A DNA stretch of 64,000 nucleotides from Microbotryum violaceum (GCA_001244265.2 CDLV01000008.1:186001-250000), one strand, 5' to 3'. Positions 38,971-55,950 are shown, counted from the stretch's first letter. The notes: generated by a model from the sequence alone, not told the origin. Numbers and translations: made by a program.

Positions 38971-41880
38971 ATGAACCAGTGGCTCCGTCTTCCCATTTGC
39001 CAAGCTCTGCTTTCCCAACTTCCCACAAGGCGGTCCCACGGACTGGCAGTCGACTCTGCCCTTGGTGCGAACAGCGGTGCACGCGATCATCGTGACCGGC
39101 GACACTGGTGGACCGACTACCGTCTCTGGTTCGCGACCCTCCTCATCTGTTCGATATGTGTATTAACTTCATATCACTTTCAAGCAAAGGCTCTCATGCT
39201 GTCATGGCTGCAGCAATCGACCTCTAGTGATAGTGGGCCACTCGAGCGGCGACCGCCCCTGAAGCAGACGATCGTCGCCGGTGTTCTCTCGCCCGATTCA
39301 AGCTCAGGGCAGGATTTCGGCGACGACAACGCCATCAACGACCTTCCGGCTTGGGCCGACTACGATGCCATCTCTTCCTTTACACTCCCCCTCTCCAACA
39401 CCATCGTGCCGGTCATCATGCACCACTTTGACGTGGCCCATCTCCGAGCGCCATACGACCAAGTGTACCTCGTTTCGGCGTTCGTGGACCCGCGACCCCT
39501 GGTCGTGCCCAACGCGCGCCGCGAGATTATCATACATGCGGTGTTGACTGGTATCACTTTGGCTAAGGAGACCCATTATCCGGACAATGTCATCGAATGC
39601 TCAGTTCTGATTCGGCAGCCCGACGGGACAGTCATAGCCACGACGGGCAGGGCGAAGAGCTCGCCCGCCTATCATTTCAGGGGAGGGTAAGCTAATGACA
39701 CCACCCTTTTCCTCGCGGCTGCGCTAGCTTTGTGAGGTCTTGAACTATTTGTGCGTTTTTCCCCGGGCTTTGGCAGGTACTTGACGCTCTCGCAGGCCCA
39801 GATCGTCTGTTCATTAGCGAGAATACCTCAGCTGACATACGACGCGATCGCCTGGGAGAAGGCCGAAATGTAAGTTCTGATATTATTTGATCGGACATAG
39901 GTGAAGCGAGCTGACTGCCAATATCCATAGATACGTTTCCGTCAATCCGATCAATTTTTCGCCCGCACCCGACGCCTTCATCCTCGCTCGCTCTGTTGCT
40001 GCTTTGGATGTGGACGAGCATCGCACGGGTCGTGGTCAGGGAGCTGTGTGCCTGGCCCCTCTACGGGGCGAGCTGTATTCGTCGTCTATTAAAGATCACA
40101 TCAGCGTAAGTGGTCGCAATTGTATATTTTGATATGGAGTTGGTTACTGATCTTGCCGACTTACGACCCCCCGTCGTCGCCGCCAGTACCAAAAATCGCT
40201 CGGCTTCACACGGATCTACATTTACCTGTTGGATCCGGGCCCGATCACGCTGTCGGTCCTGCGAAAGCTCGCTTCGGCCGATCCGGACATTGTGTTGGTA
40301 CGGTGGGGTATTCTGAAAAATTGGGTCATCAGGTCGGACAGCCTGCGTGGCACTTTTGCGGTCGACCCAAGCCAGTGGAACCTCCCGGGCATCGAGCCCC
40401 TCGAGCCCGCAAGAGAAGCGTTGCTTGGAATGGCTCAATCAGAAAGAGGTGTCGGGTCAGTCGGCTTTCCCCCAGAATTCAGTGAGAGTTAACTAACTAA
40501 GTAGTGTGTGAACATCCACCTGTGTATGCTGCTGCAGCTTTTGGTATTGGGGCCAGAACCTGGCGGCACAAGACTGTTACCTTCGGTCCATGGCCGATGG
40601 TGTACGATGGGTTGGTGCGTCATGCTGACGAAGCTATGGTGATACCCAGCGCACCACTCCTGACCACACTATATCTTCATCGTTCCTCCAGCCTCAGTCG
40701 ATTGGGACGAATACCTTGTCCTGCAGCCAGCGGGCAAGTTGACCTGGGACGTTCCACCTCGTTCCGCCGACCCCATTGAAGCGATAGCCCCCTTTGTTCA
40801 ATGGGCACGCGATCTGCGTCGATCTTTCAATATCAGTACGCAAGGGGGATACATACTCCGTCCTGATCACAGAGTCATGGTGGATGTCGATTTCATCACC
40901 AAGGGGATGCTGCCGAGCTGTATGGTCTTTTCCCAATCGTTAGGGAGGAGCACTTGTAGAATACTGTCCTCACCACCGCAGACGCCGATGCTCGAGGAGA
41001 TTATGGATCGCTTTGGAACTTGGGATTGGCTTAAGCCAGGTGCAACAGTGCCTGCTGCTTTTTCGACACCAGTGAGGAACCCGTATTTGTTTTGGGGTCA
41101 CCGCTCCAAGAAAGTTCTGGACCCGTGGTGAGTGTCCTTGTGCAGCGCTCGGTGGCGCGGCCACACCAGCTAACGCAGAAACTCGATGCAATTCATAGGG
41201 CCTACTTTCTGGATTCGACACACCGCATCGAGGTCGGATACGCCACTTATGTACTTCGAGATGGTGTCTGCTCCCTCACGAGTTCCATCATCGTCAACAA
41301 GGAAATGAGCCCAAGCGACTGCATTGAATTCGTCCTCCGTGCGTTCGGTGGCCATCCCGTATTCGTACCTGTCACTAAAGCTGTGGTCAGGCATCGACCC
41401 GACTTTGCGGGGCAATCGTCCGAAATCACGGGTTCGAGTGGTTCGTTGCGTCATTTCAGGGTCGACATGTCCGTCGTACTGGGCACGCTTCAAGTGACCA
41501 AGCAGCTCACGGACTTCTCGCCAATGTTGCTGAGCTCGCCTGAATCACATAAGGTGCGCTCGAATCACATTCGCGGCATATGCAAAAACTCGACCGAGGA
41601 CTGGACGTTGGTTCAAGTCATGGAACAATCGCTGAAGCGGGTATTCGAGGACCGGATCGAAGGCACAGTACCTTCAAATCAGCGACCGACTCCGGACGTT
41701 GTCGTCACGACGAAGCAGGTTCCAAGGCCTGCTCTACCGTCGCCCTTTGCTCCATCGACCGCGGCGCTGCTCGCGGTGATCGCAATTCCGCCCTTGGTCT
41801 ACGTGCTTGTAACGCGGTTAAGATACCACAAGAGGAAACGCCTGGAGGGATACGAGATGGTGAAGCAAGAACACACTTAA
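38971..41880 (+). CDS. GT92/DUF23-like glycosyltransferase, copy 2
   Basis: Same exon frames and motifs as 14626-17536, with clustered substitutions in the central part. Confidence 0.65.
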
Positions 41881-41957
41881 ACGCATACCAGAGTCATGGA
41901 GTGGACTGGACGCTTTCATTGTTTATTTTTTATTTTCGGCTTGGAGCGCACTGAGGA

Positions 41958-42590
41958 TTTTTTTGTTTTGTTTTTTTGGTAGATTTCAGTAACAGTATTA
42001 TATTAACCTTCGGAAAAGTCGGAGAGACGTCGACTTGTCAAACTACGAGTCCTCTTCTTCCACTCGATCTGGAAGCTCTGTCGCCGTCGCCGAATCTCGT
42101 CGGATCTTTTGGAACCGATCACCGAAATGGACTTCGAGGGGCTTCGAGCCTCTATTCAGGAGTCCAAGGGTCGCCTAGTGTCTCTGTAAGCCATCCAAGG
42201 GAGTTTTAGTAGGTATGGTTGATCCTGATGCAGGGTCAATGAGTCCTACACTACTGGCTTCTGCTAGTGTGCGTTTTGCAAAGCATTCCCTTTTTATTTG
42301 ATAGACTTCATTGACAGCATAATTATATTCAGGGTCAACCATACCTACTAAAACCCCCTTGGATGGCTTACAGAGACACTAGGCGACCCTTGGACTCCTG
42401 AATAGAGGCTCGAAGCCCCTCGAAGTCCATTTCGGTCTTCGGTTCCAAAAGATCCGACGAGATTCGGCGACGGCGACAGAGCTTCCAGATCGAGTGGAAG
42501 AAGAGGACTCTTAGTTCGACAAGTCGACGTTCCGAGCGAGATACGGCTGGACACACGAAGTCCACGAAGACGGGGTGTGGAGACGGGGAC
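41958..42590 (-). mobile_element. pair of family-B LINE tails forming an inverted repeat (paralog of 17615-18672)
   Basis: Inverted copy 41958-42290, then minus-strand copy 42291-42590 with part of its 3' UTR deleted. Confidence 0.75.
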
Positions 42591-43160
42591 CTCACGCGCG
42601 CCTGCAGGCAATAATCTTGGTTTTGTTTTGGCCAGACCTGGTGGAACCAACTTTAACTGGCGCGCCTGTCCTTTGTTTTGTCCATAGTTTTGTTTATTAC
42701 TAGTAGTACAGATTTATATTGCCCTTTCGCCACACCTCGATCCTCGCTTCTCGCGTGCACAGTCTTGTCCAGTGTTCAATCACGTGCCTCAACACCGCTT
42801 CGACACAGGTCTTGTTGTGTGAGTACCTGTCAACACCTCGCGCCTGGGTTGTGTTTGAACGATGAAACACGTCGAGGCCAGTCCAGAAGGTGCTGCATCA
42901 GGTGTGAATGGCGTGTGCTGTTCAGGTGCCCAGTACGCTCAGTTGCGCTCAATGCTACGTCGCATCCCAACCCCGCTTTACCGCTGCCTTTACCGCTGCC
43001 CGCACCGCATACACGCTCCTGTGACTCGTGTCGTGCCCGCTCGTTCGAGGCTCGCACAGCGACCGTGCCCTCTCGCCCGATCAAAGCAAGGCTGACCCAA
43101 GTCTGACTCTGCGCAGTCTTTTCCTAGTGTAGTAAAACCTTGGCGAACCGCACACCCAGC

Positions 43161-44194
43161 ATGCCACGCCCCTTGTTCTCGGACACGTTCCTCGCGGCGC
43201 AATCCGCTCTCGAGACACAACTCCTCCCCGCTCAACTCTTTGAGACCGATTGGGAGGTACGTCAACTCTTTTTTATTAATTTCAGTCTGGTAGTAGGTTC
43301 GGGGTATCCTCATCACTGACCCGAGTGCACGTACGGTAGGCTAGGAGCAAGCGCGTACTCGATCGAGAACAAGACTTACCTATGCCCTTGTTCGACCCAA
43401 CTCGATTCATTTCACACGACGATCACGAAGAAGATGATTCTTCAACAAATTCACCTCCCATTATACGAGAAGTCTTTCTCGACCCCACTTCGGTAGAGGC
43501 ACGCGCCGTCACCCTTCGAGGTTTGACCGCGAACCTTTCCCCCTCCCTGCGCGTGATCGTTTATTGCCTTTCGAGCTCGATCAAGAGTGAGATTACGCGC
43601 ACCAAGGAGAGCGTCGTTGATGGACCTTATCACATGTTGGAGGTCTTTGGTCACAAGGACAAGATGCTGCATTCGGCCGTGGTCGATATTAGGGATTATG
43701 AGGAGGGGGATGAGGGAGCGCTCGAGGAGGATGTAGAGGATGAGGATAGTGACATGGACGATGATGAGAATGAGGTGCAGTTCAACTACTCGATCGAGGA
43801 CGAAGAGGAAGAGGAAGAAGTGGTAGTGGACGGCGATGATGAGGATGAGGACGAGGAAGAAGAACGAGAACCGAATCAACCTGCGACGACATTGGCGACG
43901 AACGAGATGGAACTCGTCGACGAGCAGGACACGAGGCCTCGAGAAGAAGGTGGGTGGACCATCTTTGAAAGGGTCGTACAACGTGTTCCGGCGATGCGAG
44001 CTCGACCCAGAGCCGACACGAGCAGGGCGTGGTCGAGTGGGCCTGAAGCACAGCAACAGGAACAGGAACAAAGAGGGTTGGGACAAGGATGGGCCGAATT
44101 GGCTCGGGCACAAGAGTCGAGCTCGGCCGAACGTAGGAGGCCGTTCGAGCAAGCCGTCGAGATGATTTCTACCGTCGACTTGCAGCAAGACTAG
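43161..44194 (+). CDS. hypothetical acidic (D/E-rich) protein, one intron
   Basis: ATG at 43161 (MPRPLFSDTF...ETDWE), GT-AG intron ~43257-43339, then a long open frame to a stop at 44194. Confidence 0.6.
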
Positions 44195-44529
44195 GCGTTG
44201 CTCGGAGATTGGGTTTGGCCTCGAGCGCGTTTGGTCGGGGACTTTGGGAGTGGGGCGCGATGTGTTGATACGAGTATATCGTCGGTGAGCGTGGATCCTG
44301 TTCCCTTGCAGTAGTGTCTTCTGTAAAATGTGTAGTCCCTTGTTTGCGGTATATTTCTTTTGGCAAACTGCACGTCGTCTTGAATTAGTTGCGCTTTGGT
44401 CGATAAATCATGAATGAATCACCGAGGCCGACGCGCGCGTTGAGTCGCGGTGTTGCTCGAGCCTCTTGGATTACTTTCATTGTTCTGCCCTGACGCCGCC
44501 TCCGTACCAACACCTCATCCTTCCCAACC

Positions 44530-45693
44530 ATGGCTACACCAAGCAAGTCCAATTCGTAGTTCTACAACCCAGGAACCACGCACATACTGACTCTACCTAT
44601 CCCTTTCCTACCTCCCCATCCACCCTGACCCACCAAACCCAGACGAACGAATACTCTACGCGGGCAAGCAGGATGCCGTCGACTTGTTACAAACCGTCCT
44701 GGAAGGGGAAGAGGAGTATGATGTGAATTATCAGGATGGATTGGGGAATACGGGTGCGTGATGGCTCTAGAGATCGTGGGTGGATGAGAAAGACGTGGAG
44801 AGAGTTGGGGTCGGCGGTGCTAAAGGCGCGGCGATGCAAGGGGAGCGAGATGAGATGGCAGAGTTCGAAAGTGGCTAGGGGAAAGGATACTAATGTCTCG
44901 AGTACTGACTCGTCAACAAACATCTGTCCCCCCCTCTGTTTTCCCTCCGCTCGGTCAAACCACGAACGTGTCCTCATCGCTCATCGAAATATCGAATTCG
45001 CGGATCCTCGCATGGGATTTGCGGCCACAGCATTACATTACGCGTACGGTCCAGAGATCCCTCTTTTCATGAGATTCTGCAACGCTCAAACTCATTCTGG
45101 TCATCCCGCTCGTTCTGATCGCTTTTTAGCGCCTCAACACCCTCTCCCGAGGTGCTGGAAATTTTGCTCGAAACTGAAGGTTCGTCAGAGAGTGTTATGG
45201 GGAGCGAAACGTGTGATCCTCTGCTGATGAGACCTGTTTATCTTCAATCAAATCGAAATATGAACATTTCGGATTCCTCAACCGTCGTCTTGCCACGGAT
45301 TAGGCACCGACGTCGATCTACAAAACCGTCTCGACAAAGCCACACCGCTTCATCTTGCGGCCCAACTTGAGTACCCCGCAGCGCGGCAAGGCGTGATGGA
45401 GATGTTGTTGGATGCGGGTGCGGATCCAAAGTAAGTATTGGCCCTTGCCCGTGACCTTTTACCGTTGGAATGAACCAACTGATTCCCAACCTTCCCTTTC
45501 GCATTGGCTGAATAGAATCAAGGACAAACACGGCTCCCTCCCCGCCGACTATCTCCACCCCAACGAAAGCGAAGAAGATCGACAAATCATCGCCATGATC
45601 GACGAAAGTATCGTCGATGCAACGTTGATTGATGATGCGGATATCGCAGAGGATGATGACGAAGAGGAAGGTGGGGGTTCCGAGTCGGATTGA
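44530..45693 (+). CDS. small ankyrin-repeat protein, multi-exon
   Basis: Exons encode DVNYQDGLGNT, ALHYA, DVDLQNRLDKATPLHLAA...MLLDAGADP and IKDKHGSLPADYL, with an acidic tail. Confidence 0.85.
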
Positions 45694-45870
45694 TCGGTGT
45701 CGAAAAGGTTGTCTCAATTAGAGTTTGGGTTTGTAGAACATTTCTTTGTGTCACTCTAGGTTCATGTGATAAATCGCAAAAGCATTATACATAATCACTA
45801 AACACTTTGGCGTCTAGGCAAGTCCCTGAAACATCCCAGCTCGACACAACCGTACCCCTTCCTTGAAAGT

Positions 45871-47913
<2,043 letters not shown>

Positions 47914-48723
47914 CGTGGGTTGGACGGGGTGGGGTGGTGCGATGCGATGCGTAGAGCTGGGTGAGGGTTGTGGAAGACACCCGGAAGGCCAGAGACAGCC
48001 GATTTTAGCTCGTTTCGGCCGAGGTCGGCCGAGATTCTTTTTTGACCTCCCACAGCCGGATAGGAGTATTCAAATTGAGATTTGCCAAATCAAGTTTGAA
48101 CCTATGCTGTTTGTCGACTTGGTGCCGCCGGCCATCTATTTCCTCCACAGACGGCTCCACTGCCACTGGGATCGTAATCGCTCGGCGCTCAGCTCGGGGA
48201 CTCCCAACTGCATTAGCACGGCTACATCGCTGTGCACACGTGCGCTTCGGCTTTTCCAGAGGGTTTATTAGGGCTCTTCACGAGTATGGACTAGATCCGA
48301 CTTGGTTTCAGCCTGCTCCAAAGGGTGTTTTGCGCGACCGCCGAGCCAGAGCCTTACGTGCCCTTTGGCCACGAAGCAGATTGTCCGAGCTAGATTCGGT
48401 CGAGTCACGTGAGTGGGAGGAGAGCAGAGAAGTGTTCGGTTGCGTCGACGCGAGCAACAATACACCGGAGGAAATACTGTGTAGGGTCTGACCGAGAAGG
48501 ACTGTAATTGAACATCAAAAACGGGGACCGACTGCACTACATCGACAGGGAATACACCACCCGGCGGCCAGCTCCGAGTCGCGCTCGGAGACGGCATCCG
48601 CGATCGTCGACTGCGGAGGTCCGAGCGTTTCAGCTGGGTTGGTGCATGTCATTCCGCGCGGCGATTGTCTCGTGACTTGCAAGTCGGCACCCACCCCGTA
48701 ACACTCAATCCGCCGCGTACAAG

Positions 48724-51267
48724 ATGTCGACGATTGATCGACTGGCCTCTGCGCCTTCGTTCGCTGGATCATGGTCGAGTCTGCAGCCGAGTCTGACACC
48801 GTGGATGTGAGTTTGGCCGGTCGCAACTTGCGGAGTTGGCTGCGAAAGGTCCGAGCGGGGTGGAGCTTCGCACGAGCGGAACGTGGACAGGACAGACTGG
48901 TCAGATTGCGCAGCCGAACGCTTTGTGGGCCAGCGGATAAGTGTACAAGACCCGAATACAACAAGGTGATCTGATTGGTGGGTTGTTCCTCTACAGAGCG
49001 GACGTCTTGCGTGACATGGGTTTCAGCAACATGACCCCGGTACAAGCGGCGACGATCCCGCTCTTCATGCAGCACAAGGACACCGTCGTCGAGGCCGTTA
49101 CCGGATCAGGCAAGACCTTGGCGTTCGTCATCCCCGTGTTGGAGAAGATTATCCGTCGGGAGAAACCGCTCGGCAAGAGGGAGATTGGCGCCATCATCAT
49201 TTCACCCACTCGGTACGCAATCATCTGGACTCGTCAGGATCGTCCCATTGCTGACCCCATCCATTGGCCCTGACTCACAGTGAACTGGCAACCCAAATCC
49301 ATTCGGTCTTCTCCTCCTTCATCTCGGCTCAACCCTCGACGTCCTCAACCCCTCTCCCTCCTCCCTTGCTCCTCATCGGAGGCATCCCCCTCGCGAGCGA
49401 CGTCAAATCCTTCTACGAGTCCGGCGCCGACATCATCGTCGGCACACCCGGCAGGCTCGAAGAATTCCTCTTGGGCAATTCGAGTGTCTCGAGTGGTCCT
49501 CAACACGGGAAACGCAAGACTTCGAGTGGGAACTCGTTGGGCGTTGGTAGTACGAAAGAGCTCGAGGTGCTCGTTATGGATGAAGCCGATCGGTGAGTCC
49601 CAAAGTGAGGGTGGGTGTCATGCGGTGAATTAAGCTCACTCTGCTTGATATATCTTAGTCTACTCGATCTCGGGTTCACCCCAACCTTGAACCGACTGCT
49701 CTCACATTTGCCGAAACAACGTCGCACAGGTCTGTTCTCGGCGACCATGTCCGATGGGCTCTCGCAACTCGTTCGCGTCGGACTACGCAATCCCGTCAAA
49801 GTAGTCGTCAAGGTCGAGGCCAAGAAACAATACGACGATAAAGGTGCCGAGGTCAAGGGTGCAGATCGCAAGACACCTGCATCGTGAGTTTGGCCTTCCA
49901 AGAGTCTCTGACGGTTCACATGCCCATGTTCTGACATTCACTCCCCTACCCAGGCTATCGAACGTCTACGTTGTCTGCACCCCCTCGTCCAAATTCGTCA
50001 CCCTATCCCGCATCCTCTCTTCCGAAACGACGGCCACCTCGACCGCACGCAAGTTCATCATTTACTTCTCCACCTGCGCCTGCGTCGACTATTTCTACAA
50101 GCTCCTCTCCGCTCTCCCCGAAGCGTTCCCCTACTCGATCCATTCCCTTCACGGCCAAATGTCCCCCACCCGACGCTCTGCGACCTTTGAAGCTTTTTCC
50201 TCCTTACCTTCCGAAACGACGGGTATTCTTCTCTGTACGGACGTCGCCGCACGCGGTTTGGATCTACCCGATGTCGACGTCGTCGTTCAATTCGACCCTC
50301 CGCAGGACCCCAAAGTATTCAGTCATCGAGCAGGTAGGACTGCTCGAGCGGGAAGGGAGGGAAAAGCGATCGTTTTAATCACACAAGGAAGGGAAGAGGA
50401 ATACATCGAATTCCTTCGCGTTCGTAAAGTGCCTTTAACGCGCCTCAATTACTCGGAACCTACTTCCAAAAAAGACCTCACGGACGAAATCGCCCTCGTC
50501 GAACAATTTCGTCGGATCGTTTTAACGGATCGAGATCTTCATGAAAGGGGAATGAAGGCGTTCGTCAGTTTCGTCAAGAGTTATTCGAAACATGAGGCGT
50601 CGTTCATTTTTAGGATCAAGGATTTGGATTTGGTAAGGATCGCGAGGATGTATGGGCTTTTGCAATTACCCAAGATGCCGGAGATCAAGGGGAAGGAGGT
50701 GGAGTGGGAGAAGGTTCAGGTGGATGTGAGTTTGCTTTTTTAATTGGGGTTCGGGGTTAGCGGGGTTAGGTGGAATTAAGAGGGACTAGGAAGGCTGATT
50801 TGAACCTTATTCTGGAACAGTGGGACGCGTATGGGTATCTCGACAAGGTTCGAGAGAAGCAACGACGTTCCCAACTCGCCGCTCAGAACGAAGCTCGCAA
50901 ACGGACCAAAAGACCCATCGACGACCAAGACGCCGAAAATGATGCCCGCCCTTCTGAAGACGCCGACGGAGAGCCCTCGACGAAAAAGAAAAAACCAGGA
51001 AAACCCATCGCCACTAAAGCCTGGTCCAACAAGGACGACGCTGAAGCGCGTGCCAAACTCCGAAGGGAGAAGAAGCTCCGAAAATTGAAAGCTTTACGTG
51101 CTAAGCAAGAAGCCGGTCGACCTACGAATGACGAAGGGGATTTGGAGGAAGGTGAAGGGGATTGGAAGGAAGAGTTGGCGAGGAAGAAGATGGCGCAGAG
51201 GGAGGCGAAGAAGAAGGATAGGGGAACGACGAGCAATGGGATGGCTCAGGTCGAGTTTGATTTGTAA
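48724..51267 (+). CDS. SPB4: DEAD-box rRNA helicase Spb4/DDX55
   Basis: [98 protein letters not shown]. Confidence 0.96.
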
Positions 51268-51408
51268 CTCGTCTGTCGCATCTGCTTCGTATTCTTGTTG
51301 GAACGATCGTCCCCCTTTGCTGGACATATGGACATGACCCAGTTCAAGTGGTGGCTGCTTTGTTGCACAGCAGTTCTATCTATGCTCGTTCCAGCTACGA
51401 ATGCTCAT

Positions 51409-54400
51409 CTAAGTACCTCCCACGCCCGCTGCAACACCATTCCTGAGTCCCGGCATGTTACTGTAAAGAGACCCGTCCACGCGCGTCAGCCCGACCGACC
51501 GATCGACGACCACTGTGGGGTTGAAGCGCGGTCCGCCATCCACTCACATGCTTTTGGGTCCTCCAATCATCGCTGCGGCACCCAAGGCCTCGTGCGTCGG
51601 CAAGGGTTTTTGTTCGCGGCGTTGTGATCCAGACCGTTTAGGCTCGACATCAAAGGCCTTTGATTGGGCGATCTAGAAAGTGCATTCCAAAAGAATGTCA
51701 GTCGTCTAATCCTCGCGCGTAATCAAGCCAACGCTCAGCCGGCTCACCATCCCCCTTTCCTCCAACAGCGTCGTATAGCGATACTCGACCCTCAAACTCG
51801 GCACATTCGTCTTGTGGATGAAATTACCCTCCGGTCCGGGGCGGTACCAATCATCTCCTAACCAATGCCGTTTGACTTGCATCTCGAAGCCGGATTGAAG
51901 GACCGAGTTGCGTGCGAGTTCGCACATGTCGGCGGGGGAGAGTTTGTAGATTTGCGCGGCGACGGAGTATTCTTCTAGGAGAGGTTCCTGAGAGTTGGGA
52001 AAACGGGTTGGCGGAGGTCAGCTACGATGGTGTGGTAATGAGAGGAGGTGCTTTGTCGCACCTTGGTGAAATGGAACTGTAGCGGATCATCGGTCGAGAG
52101 CGACACGTTGAGACCGGTGCGGAAAAAGTCAGGGAACGGGTTACGCTCATAGGTCAAGAACAAGGCGTTGTTGGACAGAGGCGACATGGCGATCTATTGA
52201 ATGTCTCAACTTTTCGATGTCAACCTCAGCAGCTCGTAAGGATCTGATCAAACTCGAAGGACCTACCCCGATCTGCTGCAAGTAGAACAGATATTGCAAG
52301 GCGGGGACCTTACGCAGGAGGATGCCGTGCGAGATGGAGTGAGAGGTGAGGAATGCCGAAGTAAGGTGATCGGTATCACCGGCTTCTCCCGCATGAGGTC
52401 GAAGCCAAAAGGTATCTACAGACAGAAGATCTAAGTCAACTTCGGCATTCCAATTGGGGGCAGCGGTGAAAAGAGCTCACTGAAGCCCCGGTCGTGGCGC
52501 CAATTGTTGAGGGAGGTGATGTTGGCGTAGAGGTAGTAGAGCCAGTACGCATAGGGTGCTGCCGACAGAGGAGTTTCACCAGAACGTTAGCACAGCTCCA
52601 GGCAGCCATCAAAGAGCTCAGCTTACGATTCTGCGCAGTGTTCCAGTCCTTGGGCAAGGGGAACTTTCGGTACAGCCTGCGCTCGACCTTGGACTCGTCG
52701 TCGACGCTATCGAAGCCGATGACACGTTGCAAGAAGACGTGCAATTCGGGATGAGACGTCGGGTCTTGAGTCACTTCGAACAAGGGCTCGAAAATATCTA
52801 CAGCGGTGGGTCCGGTGTAGGATTCTCGTGAGCTTGTGCTCAGCTCCCAAATCAGTGAATTTTGACTCACTCCGAACAACCTCCTCGAACGAGGTCACAC
52901 CTCCGGACTTCTTGAACACATCGTAAAGGCGAGGAATCTGGATCAACCAGCGTACGTTGTCCGAAAAGAGCTCGTTCTTGACGACCCATTTCGCAAGCTT
53001 GTCCCACTCGTTGACATTTCTACAATGGCGAGTTGAACCGATCGTAAGCACGAATGAGCACGGAGAACTCGTATGCGCAACACTACTCACCGACCATAGA
53101 TACTGATGCGATACTCGGCCATCTGGTACTTGCTGTGTTGCAAGTCGTTGATGAGTTCTGCGGGGGTACGGCTAAATTCGGTTAGGTCACTGCTTAGTCG
53201 GAGATGCTCTGAAGACCAGATGGTCTACGAACCTTGTGTGATTTCGGCAAGATAGCGACCCTCTACGAAGCTGATAGCGGGTCCCGAGGTCAGCATGGCG
53301 TCCCGTGTGTTCCGTCACGAGAAGAGCCTACTCACTTGTCCGTTTTGAGGAAGATTTCACGCAAACGAGACTCTCCAAGCGGGTTGTACTTGAGGTTGAA
53401 CTTGTCGAAGCGGTGGAATGAATCTTGGTGAGCGTGCATGTCGAGGGTGTCGATTGAGAGGTCGTACGCGGTGAGGTTGAGCGATTCGAATACCTGTCGG
53501 AGCGTGAGATACTTGTCGTCTCGGTAGATGACGACCTCCTGTTCAAGTGACAAAACGCCGTGAGTGGCCGAACGGAGGCGACGATTAAGAAAGATGCTCT
53601 CACATTCGGGCAGCGCTTCATTTTGCTCTTGATGAATCGGAGCATGTGCTTCTGGTTCATCGACGCCGAGTGGTGTACGTGGGTATCGACCTTGCGCACG
53701 TTGTAAAAGTCACGATGCGACACTCGCTGCACGAATCCAACGGAATAGGATGTCAGTCTGAGAACCGGGCGTGTTGCAGAATGCTACGTCCATATTGCCA
53801 ACCTTGAGCTCAGCCAATTCCCGGTACTCATTGATGAGCACGTAGAGATTCCACTTAGAATGAAGGTAGCGCAAGCGACGCCAGGCGAAAGATTTGGCCG
53901 GCCCATCTGAGATGATGGCCAGAATCTCGTCAAGGTCTTGGAAGTACTCTTTGATCGTTGGCACGACATAGAGCGGCTTTTCCTTCCGCGTCTCCAGTTC
54001 ATCCTCCGTGGTCGTTTCCGAGACTGTACAGATATAACCACAACTCTGATCAGAGGACCCGCCAGACTCTGCCATTGTTGCGCCTCACGCACCACTAGTC
54101 TCGTTGTAGACTTGATACACTCCCGTCGCATCCATCTTGTACCTCTTTCGCTGACGCTCCATCTCCAACGACGGGATTTCAATCTCGTCCCAACGAAACT
54201 TGCGCCTCTCGGCTTCGCGCTCGGCAATCTCCTCGGTCGTCTCAGTCGACTCCGAGTACGGGTCCCGTTCCTTCCAATGCGGAGTCGGTGGAGGAGGATG
54301 GATTTTCCAAGGCTTGAAATTGGGTGTCGCGTTGGATGGGGCCTCGTCGTCGGGTTGGTACAGGCCGTCGTAATTGGCTGGGTTGTCCGAAAGGCGCTGG

Positions 54401-55246
54401 CGGGACAGGGTCATGTACTTTTCTCGTAGGTCGATGGCTCGCTGGAAGCCTTTGTAAAGGGATTGTAGCTCGGCGGTGATGTGTTCCGTTGGGTCGGCTG
54501 AGGTGAAACGTGTATGCCGTCAGCTTCCCTGAACCAATCGAGGAGTGGGGCCCACCAGTGGGGACCGGAAAGAGCAGGGATGGACAGGGATTACGCACCC
54601 GCCGTGAAACCTTCGTCAATCTCCTCGGCATTCTCCAACTCTTGATTGAGCAAAGGTGGTCCATGGTCGTTGATGAAGCTGTCCCTGTTCTCCCTGCCTC
54701 GGTTGAGGCTCGTAGAGGCGGAACCAGTCTGGCTCGCCCCCGAGGACGAAGCGGTCGGACTCGAAGGCGTGACCGAGGTTAATCCAAGTCCAAGACTGGC
54801 AATACGGGGTGAGGTGAGGTCATCGTAGGGGATTGAGCGAGAACGCGTACGGGAATGCGACGACGAGGCCGCGGACGACGACAGGACCGTAGCGGAGGGG
54901 GCGGAGGGGTTGAGTGCCTCGAGCGCCTCGAGCGAGGCCTGCGAAGTGAGCACGGGCGCCGCTCCGGCCGTGTGTAATTCAGCCGTAAAGGCACCTTGGT
55001 CCTATGAGAGGTGTGGCAGCTTGTCAGTGTCGGACCATGAAAATATCTGCATCCAATACGAGAGCGCACATTGAGATGAGCTCGCTCGGCGCGGTAGTCA
55101 AAGTAAGGGTGGATCGCGCCCGATTTGGGTGAGGCCGGCGCTGATGCAGTAGGTGTAACGTCACCGGCAGGCATACCAAGCGAGTCCAGTCGGTTCATCG
55201 AAAGTGCCAAAGGCGGTGACTCGTCTCCGGTCATGGTCAAAGCCAT
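51409..55246 (-). CDS. AMD1: AMP deaminase, multi-exon
   Basis: [92 protein letters not shown]. Terminal exons are inferred from splice signals. Confidence 0.96.
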
Positions 55247-55950
55247 CGCGCAGAGGGAGGCTGCGTTGGGGATCGCACGGGCAGTGTGGGGGTCCGGACG
55301 TCAAGAACCTCGCGCTCAGGGGGTTGGACTGATACACCTCAGAGGAGGCCCGAGGGCGGTTATTCTGAGTTTCTGACAAATTGTCAGCAATTGACGCCAC
55401 GAGCTGCTATTATCAAGCCTGACTAGATTTCACATTGATATTGATTCTGTCTTTATCAATGTTTCTTGGAAGGGGGCTTAGACGTTCAGACGGCTATAGC
55501 GTCCACGGGGGAGAAAGGGTCCGTGCGCGCTAGCCTGAAGCGGCGCCTCAAATCCTTGCAGCAAAGGCCGACAGCCATCCTCATCTGACGCGTGACGCGG
55601 AGGGGCGCGGCTCGACATGACCGCGCGTCTGCAGCACGCTCAAGCAGGCTACAGTGTTCAGTCAACTTCCCCACGTGTTCCGTCTTGATGACTAACTCCA
55701 CTTGTGGCAGCTCGTCGGCCGTCATTTTTCCGACCAGTGATCATCACCCACTCGCACTTTGCAATACACTGACTCGCAGCCCATCCAACGACGATCGCCG
55801 ACTCGCCGCAGCTCGCCGCTCCAATTCGTTCTTCCTCCCCCCATCGGCGGCCCCGTAGCGGCAGTACGTCAATAGCAGTGTGGCTTTGCATACCAAGGCT
55901 CCACGCGCTGAAAAACTAGAAGACTAACTGCCGTCTCTGCTCCAGTGACC

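Larger units (their letters stand above)
38448..42590 (+). repeat. segmental duplication copy 2 (matches 8563-8890 + 14431-18299 + 18656-18672)
   Basis: Long runs of identity including introns. It lacks the DNA transposon and the 351-bp solo LTR of copy 1. Confidence 0.96.

Noticed and set aside
48100-48700. Structured ncRNA between GUD1 and SPB4
   Set aside because: No recognisable snRNA, snoRNA or RNase P/MRP motifs; consistent with a divergent promoter region.
48771-48974. [12 protein letters not shown] as the SPB4 start
   Set aside because: It is out of frame with the conserved [15 protein letters not shown] exon starting at 48724, and mostly intronic.
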